Shown in pieces: positions 34,175 to 52,262 of a stretch of DNA of 64,000 bases. The stretch is from the human T2T-CHM13v2.0 reference genome, Homo sapiens: assembly GCF_009914755.1 (NCBI RefSeq), contig NC_060941.1. One strand, written 5' to 3'. The first letter of the stretch is position 1; each line of letters begins with the position of its first letter. Under the pieces are notes generated by a model, which was not told the origin of the DNA, made no database searches, and was given only the letters and a program-made list of their open reading frames with translations. Position numbers and translations under genes: made by a program.

Positions 34175-34514
34175 TAGGATTACAGGCATGTGCCACCATG
34201 CCCGTCTAATTTTGTATTTTTAGTAGAGACAGGGTTTCTCCATGTTGGTGAGGCTGGTCTCGAACTCCCGACCTCAGATGATCCGCCCGCCTCGGCCTCC
34301 CAAAGTGCTGGGATTACAGGTGTGAGCCACTGCGCCCGGCCCACGTGTCCATATCATTTTAACCTCACAACACGGCAGACTATGATTATGTCCTACAGCT
34401 TTTCCAGTTTCCAGGTCCCAGCCTACGTGGGTCAGCCAGGGAGCTGCATATTACAGATCAGAGATCACCTCTCCTGCCTTTTAGAATGCCACAAAGTTTT
34501 CCATTTTAAAATTA

Positions 34515-34956
<442 letters not shown>

Positions 34957-35889
34957 TCACACAGATTTGCTTAGGCTGTTCTGTGCCATGGAGCTGCAGC
35001 CTCTGGGGCTAACAGGGTGAAAAATGATTCCTCTCTCAGTCTGGTGGGGATTTTCCGTGGTTCTGTGCACCTTAGTGAGTCAGCGTTAACCAGGTTACAA
35101 GACTTTGTACAAGAACAGACTTTGTTCAAGTTTAACACCTTAGGGGTGTTGTACAAGTCTAAAGAACACCCTATCAATTAGAGCCTCAAACAGTAATTCC
35201 CTCACTTATCAGTGAGAAGTCCTTTTTTTTTTTTTTTTTTTTTTGACGGAGTTTTGCTCTTGTTGCCCAGGCTGGAGTACAGTGGTTCGATCTTGGCTCA
35301 CTGCAACCTCCACCTCCTGGGTTCAAGCGATTATCCTGCCTCAGCCTCCTGAGTAGTTTGGGATTACAGGCATGGGCCACTGCGCCCAGCTAATTTTTTG
35401 CATTTTTAGTAGAGACGGGGTTTCATCAGGTTGGCCAGGCTGGTCTCGAACTCCTGACTTCAGGTGATCCACCCGCCTCTGCCTCCCAGAGTGCAGGGAT
35501 TACAGGCGTGAGCCACTGCGCCGGCCGAGGAGTCAATCTTGACAGCCAGTGGTCAGGCTCGGTGGCTCATGTCTGTAATGGCAACACTTTGGGAGGCTGA
35601 GGCTGGATGATCTCTTGAGCCCAGGAGCTCGAGACCGGCCTGGGCAACGTAGTGAGACCCCCATCTCGACAAAAAAGTAAAGAATTAGCCGGGCATGGTG
35701 GCACACGCACTTTGGTGGTCCCAGCACTTTGGGAGTGGTCCCAGCACTTTGAGAGGATCCCCTGAGGCCGGGAGGTCGAGGCTGCAATGCGCCAAGATCG
35801 CGCCACTGCACTCCAGCCTGGGACACAGACCGAGACTCTGTCTCAAAACAAACAAACAAAAGCTTTTTTGACAGCTGGTGAGTTGGAGC

Positions 35890-36650
35890 CAAGCGTGACG
35901 GTGCTAGAGCCCCTGCGCCGCATCCTTTCCTCCGCGACCTGTGACGAGTGACTGCAGGAATGCAGGCCACCTGGCGCCCTTACGGATTTAACGGGCCGGC
36001 TTCCGACCCCCTCCTGCGGCGCGACCACTGTTCCTCGCCTGTGTCCCCCAGAGGGGAAACTGAGGCTTGGGGGCGGTGCAGCGCCGCCCTCCCCGAGCCA
36101 GGGGTTCCGCGCCTGCGCGCCTGAGCCGTGTCCGCGCTCGCCTTTGTCAATAAAGTTCGCGCCCGCCGGGAGCGGAAGCGGAAGCGGCGAGTCTCCATGG
36201 CGGTGGCGGCGGCAGCTGCGGCGGGACCCGTGTTCTGGAGGCGACTGCTGGGCCTCCTGCCTGGCCGCCCAGGGCTGGCCGCGCTCCTGGGACGCCTGTC
36301 CGACCGCCTCGGCAGGAACCGGGACCGCCAGCGCAGGAGGTGAGAGGGGCGGCCGGGATGAGAGTGCAGCCCTCGCGGCTGCAGCCCGGCCCCCCGGCGC
36401 TCAAACTCCCGGCCCCAGCGTCCTGGGCATCCGCAGCGAGTCCCTCCCCGGTTTCCGGGCCCATTTCTGCCTCCCGGGGCTCGGCGCCTGACCTATGTGC
36501 TTCTTCACTGGCCTTCTTGAGGGAGGGTGGGCGGCTCGTGCTCCATTATCGGCCGGGTCCAGCCGGCGGGCCTCCTGCGCAGCCCGGCCAGTCCTTGCTC
36601 CCCGTCTACACCGTGCTTGTTGGCGAGCCCCGGCCACCGTGCACTTACAC
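35890..36650 (+). promoter_or_regulatory. PGS1: PGS1 CpG-island promoter with NRF1, tandem ETS/GABP and YY1-like motifs
   Basis: GCGCCTGCGC 36109-36118; CGGAAGCGGAAG 36173-36184; ATGGCGG over the start codon. This combination is typical of nuclear-encoded mitochondrial genes. Confidence 0.8.
36197..36339 (+). CDS. PGS1: PGS1 coding exon 1 (Arg/Leu/Ala-rich mitochondrial presequence)
   Basis: ATG 36197, MAVAAAAAAGPVFWRRLLGLLPGRPGLAALLGRLSDRLGRNRDRQRR; donor AG|GTGAGA; 143 nt, phase 2. Confidence 0.95.
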
Positions 36651-36950
36651 GTTAAAAGAGGGACTGTGTGTGCGTTCAGGGAGCTTCGGTCAAGCTCCAG
36701 AGGCTGTTTATATCATGGTTTCGGCCCCAGGATGTGAGTGTCGGAGAGTTCAGAGGGGTCTTTTCCTTAGGTAAGCCTGGCTGTGAGTGAATCACCGTTG
36801 CTGGGATTTTGTGTATAGAGCGTTTCTCACATCCTGCCAGAAAAAGCTGTGAAGCAATCCTTAGTAACACTCAGGCATGGGAAGAGGAGCCACTCGAAAC
36901 ACTTTTTACACATTTCAAAGGGCCTGTGTTCTGGAAAAGTACTGAAGTTA

Positions 36951-37696
<746 letters not shown>

Positions 37697-38299
37697 GCAA
37701 ATAGGTTTCTTAATTGAGTCTTACACTTGATCTTTAAAAAAAAAAATCTTAGAACTGCTTCCTTTAGTTGAGGTTGCATTGTGTTAGATTTTCTATCTGT
37801 ACGTGTACTCCTCGGGTGAGATTTGACCTCCTGGGGTCAGACATCTAGTACAGAGATCTGGGGTCCAGTCATGTGTACTGATTCTAGGTACAGAAAAGAG
37901 CTTGCTTCATGGTGATCTATGGTGGAAGATTTTCATCGAAAACTCAAGTTTGATTTAGGGGAATTTTTAGGTGATAGAATCAGGGCAGGATGGCGCTCTT
38001 GGAAACCTGCTAGGTTTCACGTTGGTGAACCCAGCAGGACTGGGGCTGTAAAAGAAATGGCCTCTGCATTTTTTGCATTTTCATTTTTTCAGTGTTTAAC
38101 AAAAGACCTGCTCATCTCTGGGTGACGAAGTCAGATGACTTCTACGTCCTGGCATCAAACCACTGAGATTTGGTTTACAGTTTCAAAAAAATGTTCTACC
38201 CTTGAAGACAAGATTTAGGTGACTTTGTCATTTCCCTCTATATGTTTAAACTATATGAAAAACACTTCATTATAAATCATTGTTCAACATTGGAATTGA

Positions 38300-38611
<312 letters not shown>

Positions 38612-40066
38612 TAACCTGCCCACCTCGGCCTCCCACAGTGCTGGGATTACAGGTGTGAGCCACTGCGCCCAGCCACTTTTTTGTTTTTTGGTGGTGGGAG
38701 GGGCAGTGTGGCAGTGGAGATAGTCTAAATTGACTTTCTAATCTCTTTTTTTTGTAAATTGTGTGAGTGGATGCAGTTTGTGTGCCTTCATCCTTCATTA
38801 AGCTGAGAGAGATGATTGTTTCTCTGGGACAACAGTTCAACCAGCAACTCAGTTTCTTGGGCATTAAGACAGAAGTTTTTGCTTTGTAATCCTCGGAAAT
38901 AATGCCTATGGTAGGACTGAGGATAAATGCTGTGACCGGTATTGAGTGGTAGTGTAGGTTTCTGAGCCTTTCTTTGCCTTATTCGGTTTGCAGTTCTTTT
39001 CTGATTCGTTGTGGCCTTGGTGTTCGAGTTATTCATGTTTGTTGTGGCTGCTTACCCTTTATTAGCTGCTGACTTTGCTTTCTTCTCCATTATTCAGTTG
39101 CACCTCCCAATTTCTCATTCCCCGAATGATGTGGTTTCTTGTAACTCGCTGATCATTGATTCATTGATAATAGTTCTGTGCAGTCATGAGCTTGAATTAT
39201 TTTAGGTTTTAGCTTGTCGATCTGAGTCAGCTGTTGGAGGGCCAGTGAACCCTCGTGAGGGGACGTTCCTTTTACTGCCGCGGTTTCCTTTCAGGCATAG
39301 AGACAGCCAGAGAGACAGAGAACTCTACTTAAAATTACTTCTGTTAATGATTTAGAAGCACTGTCATTTCCTCTTAAGCTAGCATCTGACTCATTATCAT
39401 TAGGAACTGCTGGATCCGTTAATTTATTCATCATGTGTGTATTGAGCACTGCTGTGCTGTGCTAGGTACTCAGGAAGCAAAGATAAAGACACAGCCCCAC
39501 CTCCAAGACGCTCAGACCCATAAACAATTACAAGAAGTAGGTAGAAGGTCATGGCAGTACCTTGGAGAGGTCATGGAAGGCTTCCTGGTGCAGTGGCTCA
39601 GAGCTGTTTTGAAGGAGGGGTCGGAGTAGTTAGGCTCGGTGAAGAAGAGGGGGAGTGGATGTTCAAGAAGTGATAGTGACATGGACTGCAGCGAAAGGCA
39701 ATTCTGAGGTCCCACCAATACTGAAACCATTTCCAGGAGCTGACTAGGGGTACCGAGTAGGGGATGGAGGGAGGGAAGAAGAGGAGCTAGGAGCAAGCCA
39801 GTCTGGGCCAGAGACCCAGGAAGACAAGTTCTGAGATTCCATGTATGATTTCTTTTGATTCTGGTTCAGCCTGAGATGGTGGGGGCTTTTATATGAAGTC
39901 GGGGCAGTGGGAGCAGAAAAGAGGGCTGAGTGAGAATCAGTCTTGATGGGGCACATGGATGTTGGTACATTTCACGAAAACGGAGTAAAGAAGAGGCTCA
40001 GGTTTTGGGGATGATGGTAAAGTGCATTTGGGTTATGTTAATCAGTATCCAGGTTCCTCTAGGTGA

Positions 40067-40382
<316 letters not shown>

Positions 40383-40798
40383 TAGCTAGGATGGTCTCGA
40401 TCTCCTGACCTCGTGATCCCCCCGCCTCGGCCTCCCAAAGTGCTGGGATTATAGGCGTGAGCCACCGTGCCCGGCCCACAGAATGGCCTTGTTACTTGGA
40501 GTAGATGAGACCAAGTGGGAAATGTATCATGAAGGCATTAGTTCCTAATCTTGAACTTGCCTACTATACAAGGAAATATTTATCTGTGGCTTACTTTTTT
40601 TCCTTTTTAAACTATTTTTAAGTTTTAGCTATACATGCAGAATCATCTTTATGTTTGAAACTTTTTCACAATTTGAGGAGCTTGTGAGTGTGTGTGTTGG
40701 ATGGGTTAGGGGTTCTTAACTTCTCTGAGTTATAAGAGGGAAACAGGTGTCCAGCAGATTGTTTTCAATTAGATTTTCTTTCCTTTTTTTTTTTTTGA

Positions 40799-40936
<138 letters not shown>

Positions 40937-42519
40937 TAGTAGAGACGCGGTTTCTCCATGTTGGTCAGGCTGGTTTTGAACTCCTGACCTCAGGTGGTCC
41001 GCCCACCTCAGCCTCCCAAAGTGCTGGGATTACAGGGGTGAGCCACCGTGCCCGGCCTAGACTTTCTTACATTGTAGTGGCAGGTCACTTGTTCAACGTG
41101 TAAGTAGTTTTTACTCTGAGGGACCACCAGATTTCCAGAAGTTACTTTTCTTTGAACTTTGTGATGGGATTCGGTCTTCCTTACTCTTCAGAGTTTAGTA
41201 TAACCATCTCTTCGTTTGTTTATAGCAGTATAATGGCTGGGAAGGGGATATTTAGAATCAAAGCATAGTTTTGCCAAATAATTCAGATTTGATTTTGCAG
41301 TGAATTAAAAGATTTACAACGGACTGACTTTCTCAATTGTAGCTTTAAGTGAATATTAATGTGAGTATCCCTGAGCACGTTATAGTTGGTGATGAATTAG
41401 ACTCAATCAGTTGTCTGCTGGTAGGCAAATAGAACCCAGCCTGGGATTAAAATGGTCTGAATGATAATCCCTTTGTAATAGCGTGATCTGATTTATGTAA
41501 ACGGGTCGATTTTGAGGGTGCTGGGAGTCAGGCTGACTGAAGCCCTTTGGAGTCATAGAACATGCGATTGGTTCTCATCAGGCACTTTGATGTGCCTGGT
41601 GCATTTGGCCACCCAGGCTGTATTGTGGGTTATAAATATATTTTGGATTTCTGGCCCCCAATGTAATCGACTTCCTTTTGGCTAAGCCAAGGGGAGAGTC
41701 ATCTAGTCAGCATGTAGCTGCATGCTGGCAGCCTGGGCCTCTCGTGCCGGACTTGTTATGGGAGTTCAGCAGGCCGTTGGTCTTTTGTAACCTACGGGAA
41801 TCCACACTCATTTCCCTTACTCGGGGTTAGGTCTTGCATTAGTCAGGAAGGGCCGCCTGCTGCCAGGGTTGCAGGAAGTACGGTACCTTCTTGTAGTTTC
41901 TGGAGCCTTTCTCAGGAAGTGTTATGACTGTTGCTTTTTCTCATCAGTTCACTTTTTTACATTTAAATATCTGTGACTGAGAGGGTAGGGTGAGTTGTTC
42001 TCAAAAAGTAGTTTCTGAAAATATTGCAATCCAGAGAGCTCAGTTTCTTTTAAAAACTTCTTTTTTCATGGTTTTGTACAGATTTGGATGGGCTCCAGGC
42101 CACAGAGTCTGTACCGTGAATGTACCTTACGGTTAAAGAAGGGCCCCTGGACCTTCAGACCACGCCTCTGAGGGACACTGAATTACCGACCTGTGTTTGG
42201 TATGGAGAGCGCAACTTCTGCCCTGTTCAGTGAGGACAGCCCTCCAGCTTTACCGTACTCTTTCATCAAAGTCCTACATACCCTGTTTTGAAAAAACCCC
42301 AAGAAGTTGGCCTGTTACATGTGTCCCATTGGTAGTGGGTGACAGTCAGTACTGCAGCTCTAGGGGGAAACACGTGTTCTCTGACACCGGGAGAAGATGT
42401 GGAAGGGACGTCTAAAGGTGCAGTGTAGACCGCGGTGTAATTCCCTGGTGTTTGCTTGTCTTCAGTGGCATCCCTTCTCTGAGAAGCGGGCGCCCGGTAG
42501 GGCCTCCAGGCGCTGTTGA

Positions 42520-43255
<736 letters not shown>

Positions 43256-44472
43256 CGGGTTTCTTTTGTAAACAGGTGTGTTCCATAGCTTCTCAGCTGC
43301 TTCCTGCTCTCACTGTTTCAGTTTGGCTGATTATTGTGAGCTCAGTTCCCACTGAGGCCTCTCATGGGGGCAAGTGTGTGCAGGGCGCGTTGTCCTGCCT
43401 GGGGCTGCCTGGGTGGCTAAGCAGGCTTCCCTCTCCTTGCTTGGTGGCGGCCTCAGTCCTGGCTCGCCGCTTGGTCAGAGCGGTTCAGATGTGGGTCTTC
43501 CTCAAGATGATGGGAAGAAACTTTCCTCCTCTCCCCAAGGCACCCTGCTGAGGACCTCTCTCAGTCAGGGGTCCTCAGCACTTAGGCCCAGCCCATTCCT
43601 CAGTTCAGGGAATTTGCCTGCAGATTCCACGGGAAGCCTTAAATCAGGTGACTGAACCTTTCTCCTGAGTCAGGCTTCCTGGGGTGGTGGCTGGAGCCGG
43701 GCCACGGGCTGGTCCTCTGAGAAGATGCTGGTCTCATTTCACCTTTAGAGTGGCAGGCTGAGGATTGTTTTGCATTGTCTGTCATTTGTTTTGGTTGTTG
43801 CTGAGGTTGGTGTGGTGATGTAGTACGGCTGGTTTGATTTTGAATGCTGGAGCACTGGTGCTAGGGGATATCACTGGCTCTTGCCCTGGTCCTGCTCTCT
43901 AAACTTCTCCAATATTCCAGGGTAAAGGAGTGGCCTTCAGAGAGGCAAGGGTGGCAGAAGGTTATTATCTGACTCCCCAGCCCCCACCACTTCCTCCTTC
44001 CCATAACTAGAACTGGGCGCTAGATGGTGTCTAGAAAGAGATGATTCAGGGGAGCCCAGGTCTTGATGTGGAAATTGTGTGTGTACTGGTTTAGTTCTCT
44101 AAATGGTGAATGTGACATGTAACTAGACTTTTTTGGTAAAATAACCACAGCCTCTGCCTCCTCACGTCTCTTGGGGCTTTGGGACTGGGCCATGTGCTTT
44201 CTTGGTAAGTAAGCCTCCCTGGGATGGGGGAATTGAGCTTGTGCAGGTGGTCAGCCCCTGGAGGCTGGGATTATTATGCAGTGGGGGCTGCTTTAGCATG
44301 GGGATAAACCTTTTCTGAGCAAATTCCCAGGAGTTACATTGTGGAAAGCCGGGAACTGACCCCCATGGGGTTCTGTCTGATGTGAAAGAAAAAAATAGGT
44401 CCCTGAGCAGCGAGCAGTATAGTTTCAGAGCAAGAACTGGCTCCTTCTGTCCTGGCTGATGTGTTGCAGTTA

Positions 44473-44550
44473 GATGGTGATGATGGTGATGATGATGATG
44501 ATGATGATGATGGTGATGATGGTGATGATGATGATGATGGTGATGATGAT
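44473..44550. repeat. Interrupted (GAT)n/(GGT) trinucleotide microsatellite in PGS1 intron 1
   Basis: About 26 GAT/GGT units. Confidence 0.92.
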
Positions 44551-44817
44551 TAGCATTTTTGAGACACAGTCTCTCTCCATCACGCAGCCTGGAGTGCAGT
44601 GGTGTGACCTCTGCAACCTCCATCTTCCAGGTTCAACCAATTCTCCTGACTCAGCCTCCCGAGTAGCTGGGACTATAGGCGTGCGCCACCATGCCCAGCT
44701 AATTTTTGTATTTTTAGTAGAGATGGGGTTTTGCCATGTTGGCTAGGCTGGTCTCGATCTCCTGGCCTCAGGTGATCTGACTGTGCAGGCCTACCAAAAT
44801 GTTGGGATTACAGGTGA

Positions 44818-45009
<192 letters not shown>

Positions 45010-45114
45010 TAGTAGAGATGGGGTTTCTCCATGTTGGTCAGGCTGGTCTTGAACTCCTGACCTCAGGTGATATGCCCGCCTTGGCCTCCCAAAGTGTTGG
45101 GATTACAGGTGTGA

Positions 45115-45303
<189 letters not shown>

Positions 45304-47001
45304 TAATTTTTCTAGAGAGGGGGTTTCTCTATGTTGCCCAAGTTGGTCTCGATCTCCTGGCCTCAAGTGATCCTCCTGCCTCAGCCTCCTAAAGCACTGG
45401 GATTATAGGCACATGCTACCGTGCCTGGCCATTTAGTTTTTTTGAGTGACACTAGTCCAGATGTGGTCTCCTTGGCATATGTTGTCATTGTGGCGACCTG
45501 TGTAAAACACTCAGCTCCTTTTTTATGCACCTTCCTTTTTTGGGTATTTAAAATTGCCACTTGAAGGTTGAGTCTCCTCCATAATGTATCCATGAAACGT
45601 AGTTGGCTTTCAGCTCCTTTTCCTCTCTAACAAAAATAAACCTGTCAGTACACAGATTAAACAGGAAGCCAGCATAAAAAAGCCTTCAAGAACTCTTGGC
45701 CTGAGGCCCTCGTGGAACATTCCCAGTGAGAGCTGCCTGGTAAGGAGGAGACCTGCCTAGGATAACTCCAGGGGCTCTGGGCTCATCAGCCCTGTACCTG
45801 CCAAAGTGGGTCTCCGCAGGTAGGACGGAGGTGATAGGTGAACCCTGACACCTGTGTAGGCTCTGTGTATGTGTGTTTTCTCTGGACTACTGAGGCCCTC
45901 TTGGGTTTTTCTGCTGAAAGTGGTCTTGTTCCTGTTTCTTTCTTTCTGCACTTGACCTCTAGGGTCACGCGATCGTCCCCCTCAATCTCCCGAGTAGCTG
46001 GGACTACAGGCACATGCCTCCACGCCTGGCTAATTTTTTATTTTTATTTTTTATTTTTTGTAGAGACAGGGTCTTGCTATGTTGCCTAGGCTGGTCTGGA
46101 GCTCCTGGTGTCAAGTGATTCTCCTGCCTTAGACTCCAGAGTGCTGGGATTACAAGTGTGAGCCACTGCACCCAGCCCAGTTTCTTCTGCTTACGTCCCT
46201 TCACACTTCCTGCCTGAAACACCCTCCCCTCTGAGTTCCTTGTTTGAATCCTACCAGCTTTTTGAGGCCACTGGAGGAGAATGCTGCAGAACCTTCCCAG
46301 TAGCCCAGGCATCACCAGTTCCCCTTTTTGATGCCTTGAAGCACATGCACTATTTGGACATTGATTTAATTTTAGCATCTTTTCTTGTGTTCTTAGATGA
46401 TGTCAGGTGTGTAAGTCTGTGAGGCTACCAAGGTTGTGGGAGGCAGAGACTGCCTGGTTCTTCATTTGTACCCTCCATGGTATGTCATATGTGCTTACAT
46501 GATGGCTTTGTTGAGGGTTAAGTTGAACAAGTTGAACTTGCCCTCTCCTGGGTTGCTATGTGCCAAGGAGTGTTTCCTCTTCTTCCTTTTTTTTTTTTTT
46601 TTTTTTTGCGGGGGGGACAGAGTCTTCCTCTCTCACCCAGGTTGGAGTGCAATGGTGTGATCTCGGCTCACTGCAACCTCTGGCGCCCAGGTTCAAGCAG
46701 TTCTGCCTCAGCCACGGGCGGCTAATTTTTTTTTTTTGAGACGGAGTGTCGCTCTGTTGCCTAGGCTGGAGTGCAGCGGCAGCATCTCAGCTCACTGCAA
46801 CCTCCGCCTCCCAGTTCGAGTGATTCTTCTGCCTCAGCCTCCTGAGTAGCTGGGACTACAGGTGTGTGCGCCACCATGCCCGGCTAATTTTTGTATTTTT
46901 AGAGAGACAGGGTTTCACCATATTGGCCAGGCTGTTCTCGAACTGCTAACCTCATGATCTGCCCGCCTTGGCCTCCCAAAGTGCTGAGATTACAAGCATG
47001 A

Positions 47002-47491
<490 letters not shown>

Positions 47492-48309
47492 TGACCTGGA
47501 GCAGTACAGCGGCACCTGATTTTTGGATGGTCTGAGAGATGGCAGAAATGCTGTGAGGCAGGGGAGACATTGATTTTATGCTGCTGTTGCCTGTTCCCCC
47601 GCCCCCGACCATGTTTCATTAGTGAATATGAGACTCTAGGCCCCTTGGGGCCTCGGGTTGATGGGTTGCTGTGCACCTTTCCCATTGTCCGGTGGTTTCT
47701 GCTGCACTGAAGGGTCCTTCGCTCTCCTCTCTTGAGCTTTGCAGGAGGGTGGCCCAGGATTTGGGAAACCCAGGCAGCGAGCCCTGCGTTACACATCTAG
47801 GCCCTTCATCTGCAAGCTGATGCCTGTGAGTGTCATCACCCCCTCTAGAGACGGGGGTGGGGGGGGAACAGCTGTTTCCCACCTCTGCACTGGGTGGCCA
47901 CGGCCAGTCGCAGACTTCCAGGATCCACAGAGGCAGCACCTTCTGCTGTTGACTAAGGTTTTCTTGGCAGTGAATCGGCAGTGACAGACCGGTGGGCTTT
48001 CTGGGAAGTGCAGCTGTGGGCCATCTGTTGTCTGTGCAGGGACATTTACGAAGCCTGGGAAGATTGAGGGCTTTATCATGAAGCAAGTGAGTGAAATCAT
48101 CTTCCTGGAATTTGTGGCCATTCAGGCCTTGGGATGTTTGAGCATCCTCTCCCCCACGTCCCTCTTGAGGTCACACACTGAAGAGGATTTTCCTGCTGCT
48201 GTTTGCAGGACTAGGATTCATAGTAGGTCAGGTCTGTGTGGGGCTCTGGGTGTGCGGTCCCTCCACCCCCATCTCCCGCAGGTTTTTAGTCATTGAGCAG
48301 CAGAAATGA

Positions 48310-48659
<350 letters not shown>

Positions 48660-48939
48660 TAGTAGAGATGGGGTTTCACCATGTTGGCTAGGCTTATCTT
48701 GAACTACTGACCTCAGGTAATCTGCACGCCTCGGCCTCCCAAAGTGGTGGGATTACAGGCGTGAGCCACCGTGCGCGGCCACGGCTCATCATCACTCTTG
48801 AGAGGAGCTCATTTGCTCCCGTCTCTCCCTGCTCCAGCTTTTCTTTCCGAGTCTGATTTTGATTGATTGAGACAGGGTCTCGCTGTGCCACCCAGGCTGG
48901 AATGCAATGGCATGATCATAGCTGGGAGAACAGCCTTGA

Positions 48940-49338
<399 letters not shown>

Positions 49339-50008
49339 TAGACACTGGGTCCTGCTATATTGCTCAGGCTGGTCCTGAGCTCCTTGACTCAAGCATTCGT
49401 CCTGCCTTGGCCTCCCAAAGTGCTAGGATTATAGGCCTGAGCCACCATGCTCGGCATAAATTGGATTTTTAAAGAGAAAAGTTTCTTTTTCTGGGTGCTT
49501 CCTTGAATAGAAATCTTGTTTATCTCATGAGTCATAAAGCGGGGCATCTGGGCTGTAATCATCAGACTTCTGCCAGACTTACCCTTCTGCTAGGTGTCTT
49601 TTAGTGGTGGCTGCAGGCAAATATTTTTGAGGTAGATTCATTAGAACGTTGCCATGTGGTAGCTAACCATGTGGTAGCTTTTATGAGTTTACTTGTGGAT
49701 GCTCTAAATTTGGTTCCTGAGTTGTTTGGAATTAAAGTTTGGGATTTATCTATAGGTATTGACACTTCTCAAGTTGCTCAGTTAGTAGGCTCTTTAAGGA
49801 ATAAGAGGAAAGGGGGCTGAAGGAAAAATCCTTTAGCAGAGCTTGAGTTGGGCTCACTTTTTAAAATGTTCTAGAAAATCTGACATTCATAACACAAGCA
49901 ACGCACCCATCTCCCAGCCCCTCTTCACTCCCCAGTAACTGAGGGGGGCTTCTGCAGAAGTATTTGAGGTATTTGAGGTGTGACCCAGTTGCATATTTCT
50001 TTAACCAG

Positions 50009-50198
50009 GTCACCATGGCTGTTATTGGCTCCCTTGCTGTCCCCAGCTGTTCCCCAGGTCACCTCCCCACCTTGCTGCCTGTGTCCAGAAGGCGTGCACC
50101 GGTTCCAGTGGATCAGAAACCTGGTTCCAGAATTTGGAGTCTCCAGTTCTCACGTTAGGGTGCTTTCTTCCCCGGCAGAGTTTTTCGAGCTCATGAAG
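50009..50198 (+). CDS. PGS1: PGS1 coding exon 2
   Basis: Acceptor TTTCTTTAACCAG|; SPWLLLAPLLSPAVPQ...AEFFELMK; donor |GTAAGT; 190 nt, restores phase 0. Confidence 0.95.
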
Positions 50199-50476
50199 GT
50201 AAGTGGTATCTAAAGGAAAGAAGTTTGAGTTAGAGCTTTTGGGGGATCAGGTTGGTGAGTCCTGAGTGCTTTCTAGTCTAGAAACTTTGGATAGCTGCTC
50301 AAGCTTATTCCTTCTGGGTTTTACCTGTCAGGTTTCAGCTTCATAGATGGTTGAGCTGAGCCACAGTCAGAAACTTGCCTGTGGGGCCAGCGTCTCAGGT
50401 GGAGAAGCTCTGAGAAGGCAACAGTGAGAACAAGGACCTAGACCTTATTTTTATTTACTAATTTTGTTATTTTTGA

Positions 50477-50798
<322 letters not shown>

Positions 50799-51419
50799 TA
50801 GCCAGGATGGTCTCGATCTCCTGACCTCGTGATCCACCCGCCTCGGCCTCCCAAAGTGCTGGGATTACAGGCATGAGCCACCGCGCCCGGCCTAGACTTT
50901 GATTCTTATGGGCGCACTGATTCCTTTTCCTCCATGGTGAAGTTGTGGACCACGGGAAGGGAGGTTGGTGAGGACTGAGGACCCGTGGGTCACATGGGTA
51001 TGTCCTTGCTAAAGGTGACAGGGGAGGAGGGCATCTTTATCTAGTCTGTGTATGATGGACCCCTAACCCGGGAATCATCTCCAAACACAGTAGTGTCATC
51101 TTGGTAGATGTAGTAGGAAGTAAAAACTCGTGGGTGCGATTTGATATGCATGAAGAGGCCTTTCAAAGTAACTGGGAATCTAGACATCCTGGGTCTAAGG
51201 CTTGTAGTCTTGGTTCTTTAGGGACTCTGTCTTAAGTGTGTGCCTTTCCTCTCCTGGTAGTGATGTAAGTTTTGCATTTGGGGGGTTCAGCTTTCAACAT
51301 GTTACTCAGGTTTACATGCCACATCTGGTTATTCTGGTTAAACTGCTCATTGGAATGAACACTAATCAACACTGATTTTTAACAGCATGAACTCTGAGTT
51401 TGTATTAGCAGTGATATTA

Positions 51420-51700
<281 letters not shown>

Positions 51701-52070
51701 TCAAAAAAAAAAAAAAAAAAAAAAAAAAGAATGAAGGTCTGATGGGGCCAGGCAAGCAGGTAGAATGCTGAGAGACAATAGGAAATCTGGGTAGAGACTC
51801 CCCTTTCACCTTTGTGCAGAAAATGAACTCACTCATTTGAGTGCCTGCCCATTTTCTCTCCTTTTGCGCTTTTGTTCTGTTTGTTGATCCACGCTTAGCT
51901 TGACTGGCTCATTCAGAGTGCATTCTTTGTGTGCACACAGGCGTGTCCTTTTGTTCTCCCCTCTCACCTGCCTCCCTGCTCTGCTCACCTGTCCTTGTTT
52001 GTACCGAATGATGCTGCAACTGTTGGCTCTTTGCTCCTAATTGATTTTCTCCTTGGCTTGAAGAAACAGG

Positions 52071-52101
<31 letters not shown>

Positions 52102-52103
52102 AA

Positions 52104-52262
<159 letters not shown>

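Noticed and set aside
44162-44746. Poly-His and poly-Met ORFs
   Set aside because: Translations of the (GAT)n microsatellite plus flanking Alu; intronic, with no splice support.
49655-49978. Short direct repeats (CCATGTGGTAGCT x2; GTATTTGAG x2) upstream of PGS1 exon 2
   Set aside because: Ordinary slippage micro-duplications with no evident function.
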